Positions 60,675-64,000 of a stretch of 64,000 nt of DNA are shown here, piece by piece. The stretch is from Bacillota bacterium (GTDB lineage Bacteria > Bacillota > Clostridia > Clostridiales > Caloramatoraceae): positions 4,730 to 68,729 of the forward strand of contig JAEWEN010000064.1 in NCBI GenBank assembly GCA_023389275.1. Reading direction: 5' to 3'. The notes beneath the pieces are model-generated. The model was not told where the DNA came from, searched no databases, and was given only the letters and a program-made list of their open reading frames with translations. Every line of letters begins with the position of its first letter. Within the stretch, counting starts at the first letter, position 1. A program made the position numbers and the translations under genes.

Positions 60675-63600
60675 TTAATCTATAGACTTTAATGACTCTA
60701 CCATTTTTATATTTTTAAGCTTATTATGCATAAATAAATTTACAATTACTCCAAATAACACTGTTAATAAAAAGGAAACAATATAACTTACTAGATTTAT
60801 ATCGCGACCAAACATTATAAATTCTAGCTCTGCTGTAACCATAATAAATCTATGCAAAAATACACCAAGTATAAGCCCAAATATAGATCCTATTATAGTT
60901 AAAACTACATTTTCTCTAAAAACATAATCTGAAACTTCCCTATCATAAAATCCTAAAACCTTTATTGTAGCTATTTCTCTAACTCTTTCACTAACATTAA
61001 CATTTGTAAGATTATATAAAACTACAAATGCTAATGACCCTGCTGAGATTATCATTAAAAGAACTACATAATTTAAGTTAGATATCATATTTTCAAATGT
61101 ATTTATTGTTGTTGAATTAAACTCTACAGAATTTATATTATTAACTTCTGTAAGAGAATTTGCAAGATTTTTCTCAAAACTTTGAGATTTATCATTTAGC
61201 TTTATTAACATTTGATTAAACAAAACATCTTTTTTAAACAAGCTTTTATAATAATTAGGAGTCATATATACATAATGAGAAACATAGTTTTCACATATAC
61301 CTTTAACTAAAGCTTCTTTTTTGTTTTTATCTTCATCTTCTAATAATATTTTATCTCCCACTTTAATATTTAAAATCTTAGCCAACTTTTCTGTTATTAA
61401 AACCCCATCATCTGTAAGATTATATACTTTTTTTGAAGATCTATCTTTTAAATTTACAAAATCACTTATTTTAGAAGTGTTTTCTAGCACAAATATATTA
61501 CCAGCTGTATCATTATTTTCACTATAAATATTTATATTTTTAATTCTTACGTTTTCATAATCTTTTAAGTTATATATTTTTGATTTATCTAGCTTATTTC
61601 CATAAACTTCTGTTTTATAGTTTGCATAGCCATCATAAATAAACACTTCTCCATACTGCTTACTAATAATAGCACTAATAGAGTCTTTTATTCCAAATCC
61701 ACTTAATAAAAGAGCGCTGCATCCTGATATACCTATAACTGTCATTAAAAAACGTTTTTTATATCTAAATATATTTCTAGCTGTTACCTTTTGTATAAAG
61801 TTCATTTTATTCCATATAAAAGAAATCCTTTCAAGTAGTATTCTTTTACCTTGTTTTGGTGCTTTAGGTCTCATAAGAAGTGATGGTGTTTCTATAAGCT
61901 CTTTGTAACATGAAACTAATGCAGTAAGCGTAGTAATTAAAATAGCTGTAACTGTAGACATTATAGCTATTTTAAAATCAAACATTAAATCAAGTGGTGG
62001 TAAAACATATGTCATACTTGCATATGCATTAAAAATAACTGTTGGAAATACAGTAAACCCTACCAAAAGTCCTACTACACTTCCAAGAATACTTGCAATA
62101 GCTCCATAAATAAGATATTTAGATGCTATTGAAAATTTACTATATCCAAGCCCCTTTAGTGTTCCAATTACAACTCTTTGCTCATCAATCATTCTAGTCA
62201 TTGTTGTTAAACATATTAGGGCTGCTACTAAAAAGAAAAATACTGGGAAAATCTTAGATATTGCATTTATACTTTCAGCAGAATTTCCAAAATCAACAAA
62301 TCCATAATTTTGCTCCCTATTAAGCACGTACCATTTTCCATTTTCCACATTATTTAACTTTTCCTCTGCATCTTGAATTTTTCTCTTTGCATCTTTTAAT
62401 TCTTTTTCAGCTTTTTCCTTTGAATTTTTATATTCTTCTTCCCCTTTTAATATTTTATTTTTAGAATCCTCAAGCTTAATTTTAGCTTTTTCAAACTTTT
62501 TATTTGTTTCACTTTCTAAAGATGCTAATTCTGTTTTTTTGTTTTCTATTTCAGTTTTCCCAATAGATATTTGTTTAAATGATTCTTTAAAAGTGCTTTC
62601 TCCACTTTTAAGCTCTTTAATTTTAGAATTTAATTCAGTTTGTGATTTATTAAGCTTAGTTTCTAAATTTAATATTAGGTTTTTAGTTAATAATATTTCG
62701 CTTTCTATTTTTTCTCTATCCTCATCTGTTAAATTATCAGAGGTTAACTTTTCCTCTAAAAGACTTAAATTATATTTATGCTTATCTAAAGTTTCATAGC
62801 CTTTATTAAGCTCTTCCTTTGCTAAATTTATTTGCTTTTCAATATAAGGTTTGTTTTTATTAAACTCATTATATTTTTCATTTAAAGTTTTTTCATTAGA
62901 TAAAAGTTTTTTCTCTGCTTTTAAAATCTCAGCTTTCCCTTTGCTTATCTTTGCTTTAAAATCTTCTTCATTATGTTTTAACTCTTTTTCACCATTTAAA
63001 ATTTCTATTTTACCATTTTCAATTTCTTTTTTTGCTTTATCTAACTTTTCATTTATTTTATTTTCATTTTCTTTTATTTCATTTTTACCATTAATAATTT
63101 CTAAATTTGCTTTATCGTATATTTCATTATATCTTACCTTTGCTCTTACATCTCCTAAAGCTCCAACTTTATTTTGAATCTTTTCAACAGCAGTGCTATA
63201 TTCCTTTTCGTATGACAATAAATCTTTAGTGTTTTTTAAAGTAATATATGCTTCTGTATAAACCTCACTTTTAAAGTTTTCTTTAGGAATCATAATAAAA
63301 CTATTAAGCTCATATCCTATATTGCTATTTCCCTTTTGATGTGATATATAGTAAGGGGTTCTTACCTTTCCTACTATTTTATATTCTAAAGTTTTTAATG
63401 AATCCTCTAACTTTTCATTATTATAACCATAAAGCTTTATAGTTTCTCCTACCTTAACTTTACTATACATTAAAGAGTCTTCTATAACACATTCGTTATT
63501 TTTCTCAGGAAGTCTTCCCTGTGTAATTGTTAATTTGTTTATATATTCTTTATTGTTGTTTTTTATATCTTCTAAATCTATAGAGTGAGCTCTTATAACA

Positions 63601-63905
63601 AGTTCTGAGTTATTTATTTTAGTTAAAAGGTCTTTAGAGTATGTTCCTTTTACTGCTTCAACACCATTTACATTTTTAATTTCACTTATATCATTATTTG
63701 TTAAACCTAAATTTGATATAACTTGTATATCAAACAAATTATTATTATCATAATAATTATCAGCAGTATTTTTCATACTAGGAGATGCTACTTTTACTCC
63801 TGAAAAAAAGGCAACTCCAATAGCTATAATGAAAAATATAGAAAAAAATCTTCCTATAGATTTTTTTATCTCACGAGTAGTATCTTTAAAAAGAGATTTT
63901 TTCAT
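60675..63905 (-). CDS. ABC exporter permease, double FtsX/MacB-like with long extracellular coiled coil
   Basis: TTMTRMIDEQR..IGTLKGLGY; NVSERVREIATIKVLG; long heptad region. Confidence 0.9.
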   Translation of the reverse strand: MKKSLFKDTTREIKKSIGRFFSIFFIIAIGVAFFSGVKVASPSMKNTADNYYDNNNLFDIQVISNLGLTNNDISEIKNVNGVEAVKGTYSKDLLTKINNSELVIRAHSIDLEDIKNNNKEYINKLTITQGRLPEKNNECVIEDSLMYSKVKVGETIKLYGYNNEKLEDSLKTLEYKIVGKVRTPYYISHQKGNSNIGYELNSFIMIPKENFKSEVYTEAYITLKNTKDLLSYEKEYSTAVEKIQNKVGALGDVRAKVRYNEIYDKANLEIINGKNEIKENENKINEKLDKAKKEIENGKIEILNGEKELKHNEEDFKAKISKGKAEILKAEKKLLSNEKTLNEKYNEFNKNKPYIEKQINLAKEELNKGYETLDKHKYNLSLLEEKLTSDNLTDEDREKIESEILLTKNLILNLETKLNKSQTELNSKIKELKSGESTFKESFKQISIGKTEIENKKTELASLESETNKKFEKAKIKLEDSKNKILKGEEEYKNSKEKAEKELKDAKRKIQDAEEKLNNVENGKWYVLNREQNYGFVDFGNSAESINAISKIFPVFFFLVAALICLTTMTRMIDEQRVVIGTLKGLGYSKFSIASKYLIYGAIASILGSVVGLLVGFTVFPTVIFNAYASMTYVLPPLDLMFDFKIAIMSTVTAILITTLTALVSCYKELIETPSLLMRPKAPKQGKRILLERISFIWNKMNFIQKVTARNIFRYKKRFLMTVIGISGCSALLLSGFGIKDSISAIISKQYGEVFIYDGYANYKTEVYGNKLDKSKIYNLKDYENVRIKNINIYSENNDTAGNIFVLENTSKISDFVNLKDRSSKKVYNLTDDGVLITEKLAKILNIKVGDKILLEDEDKNKKEALVKGICENYVSHYVYMTPNYYKSLFKKDVLFNQMLIKLNDKSQSFEKNLANSLTEVNNINSVEFNSTTINTFENMISNLNYVVLLMIISAGSLAFVVLYNLTNVNVSERVREIATIKVLGFYDREVSDYVFRENVVLTIIGSIFGLILGVFLHRFIMVTAELEFIMFGRDINLVSYIVSFLLTVLFGVIVNLFMHNKLKNIKMVESLKSID

Positions 63906-63907
63906 AC

Positions 63908-64000
63908 TTACCACTCTATCCTTTCCACAGGAATTGGATTTTCATTTTTCTCTATACTATGAACTTTTCCATTTTTAATTGTAATAATCTTATCTCCCAT
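63908..64000 (-). CDS. ABC transporter ATP-binding protein (3' end only)
   Basis: ...MGDKIITIKNGKVHSIEKNENPIPVERIEW* is a typical C-terminus of the ATPases paired with this permease type. Confidence 0.75.
   Translation of the reverse strand: MGDKIITIKNGKVHSIEKNENPIPVERIEW

Noticed and set aside
62330..63150. Repetitive T-rich DNA as a tandem repeat or array
   Set aside because: It encodes the Lys/Glu-rich coiled coil of the ABC permease; no discrete DNA repeat unit.
2283..63177. Many 60-133 aa ORFs in the track overlapping larger genes, nearly all antisense (e.g. 2290-2568, 23213-23602, 43927-44328, 48885-49223, 55009-55371, 62851-63177)
   Set aside because: Shadow ORFs of well-supported genes; Ser/Phe/Ile-rich composition expected from the reverse complement of AT-rich codons; no RBS or motif.
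1..64000. CRISPR arrays, tRNA or rRNA genes
   Set aside because: No regularly spaced direct repeats or GC-rich structural RNA segments found in any intergenic region.

Overview
Low-GC, Clostridium-like (Bacillota) chromosomal segment with about 55 genes, mostly housekeeping. It holds the start of a fabT-fabH operon, a multi-repeat cell-wall amidase, T-box-controlled argS, relQ, perR, aspartokinase-hom, an MCP, a Mn2+ (yybP-ykoY) riboswitch-controlled P-type ATPase, NrdR-boxed class Ia nrdAB, amino-acid and Pst-like ABC transporters, a RavA/ViaA-like pair, yitJ, aroF, rnz, cheV and a polyamine operon. The main accessory element is a translationally coupled three-gene operon (10606-5690, minus strand): coiled-coil protein + NxD-type McrB-like GTPase + DUF2357/PD-(D/E)xK McrC-like nuclease with a coiled-coil insert. 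This matches a CoCoNuT-type type IV restriction/defence layout. Other observations: a decarboxylase-spermidine synthase fusion that keeps a strong internal RBS; a PstS with an altered anion-binding loop, co-transcribed with a soluble P-type-ATPase-like HAD; two unannotated convergent small ORFs; a probable ATA start codon; and several degenerate pseudo-enzyme domains. No rRNA, tRNA, CRISPR array, IS or prophage was seen. All family assignments come from motif recognition by eye, not from database searches.
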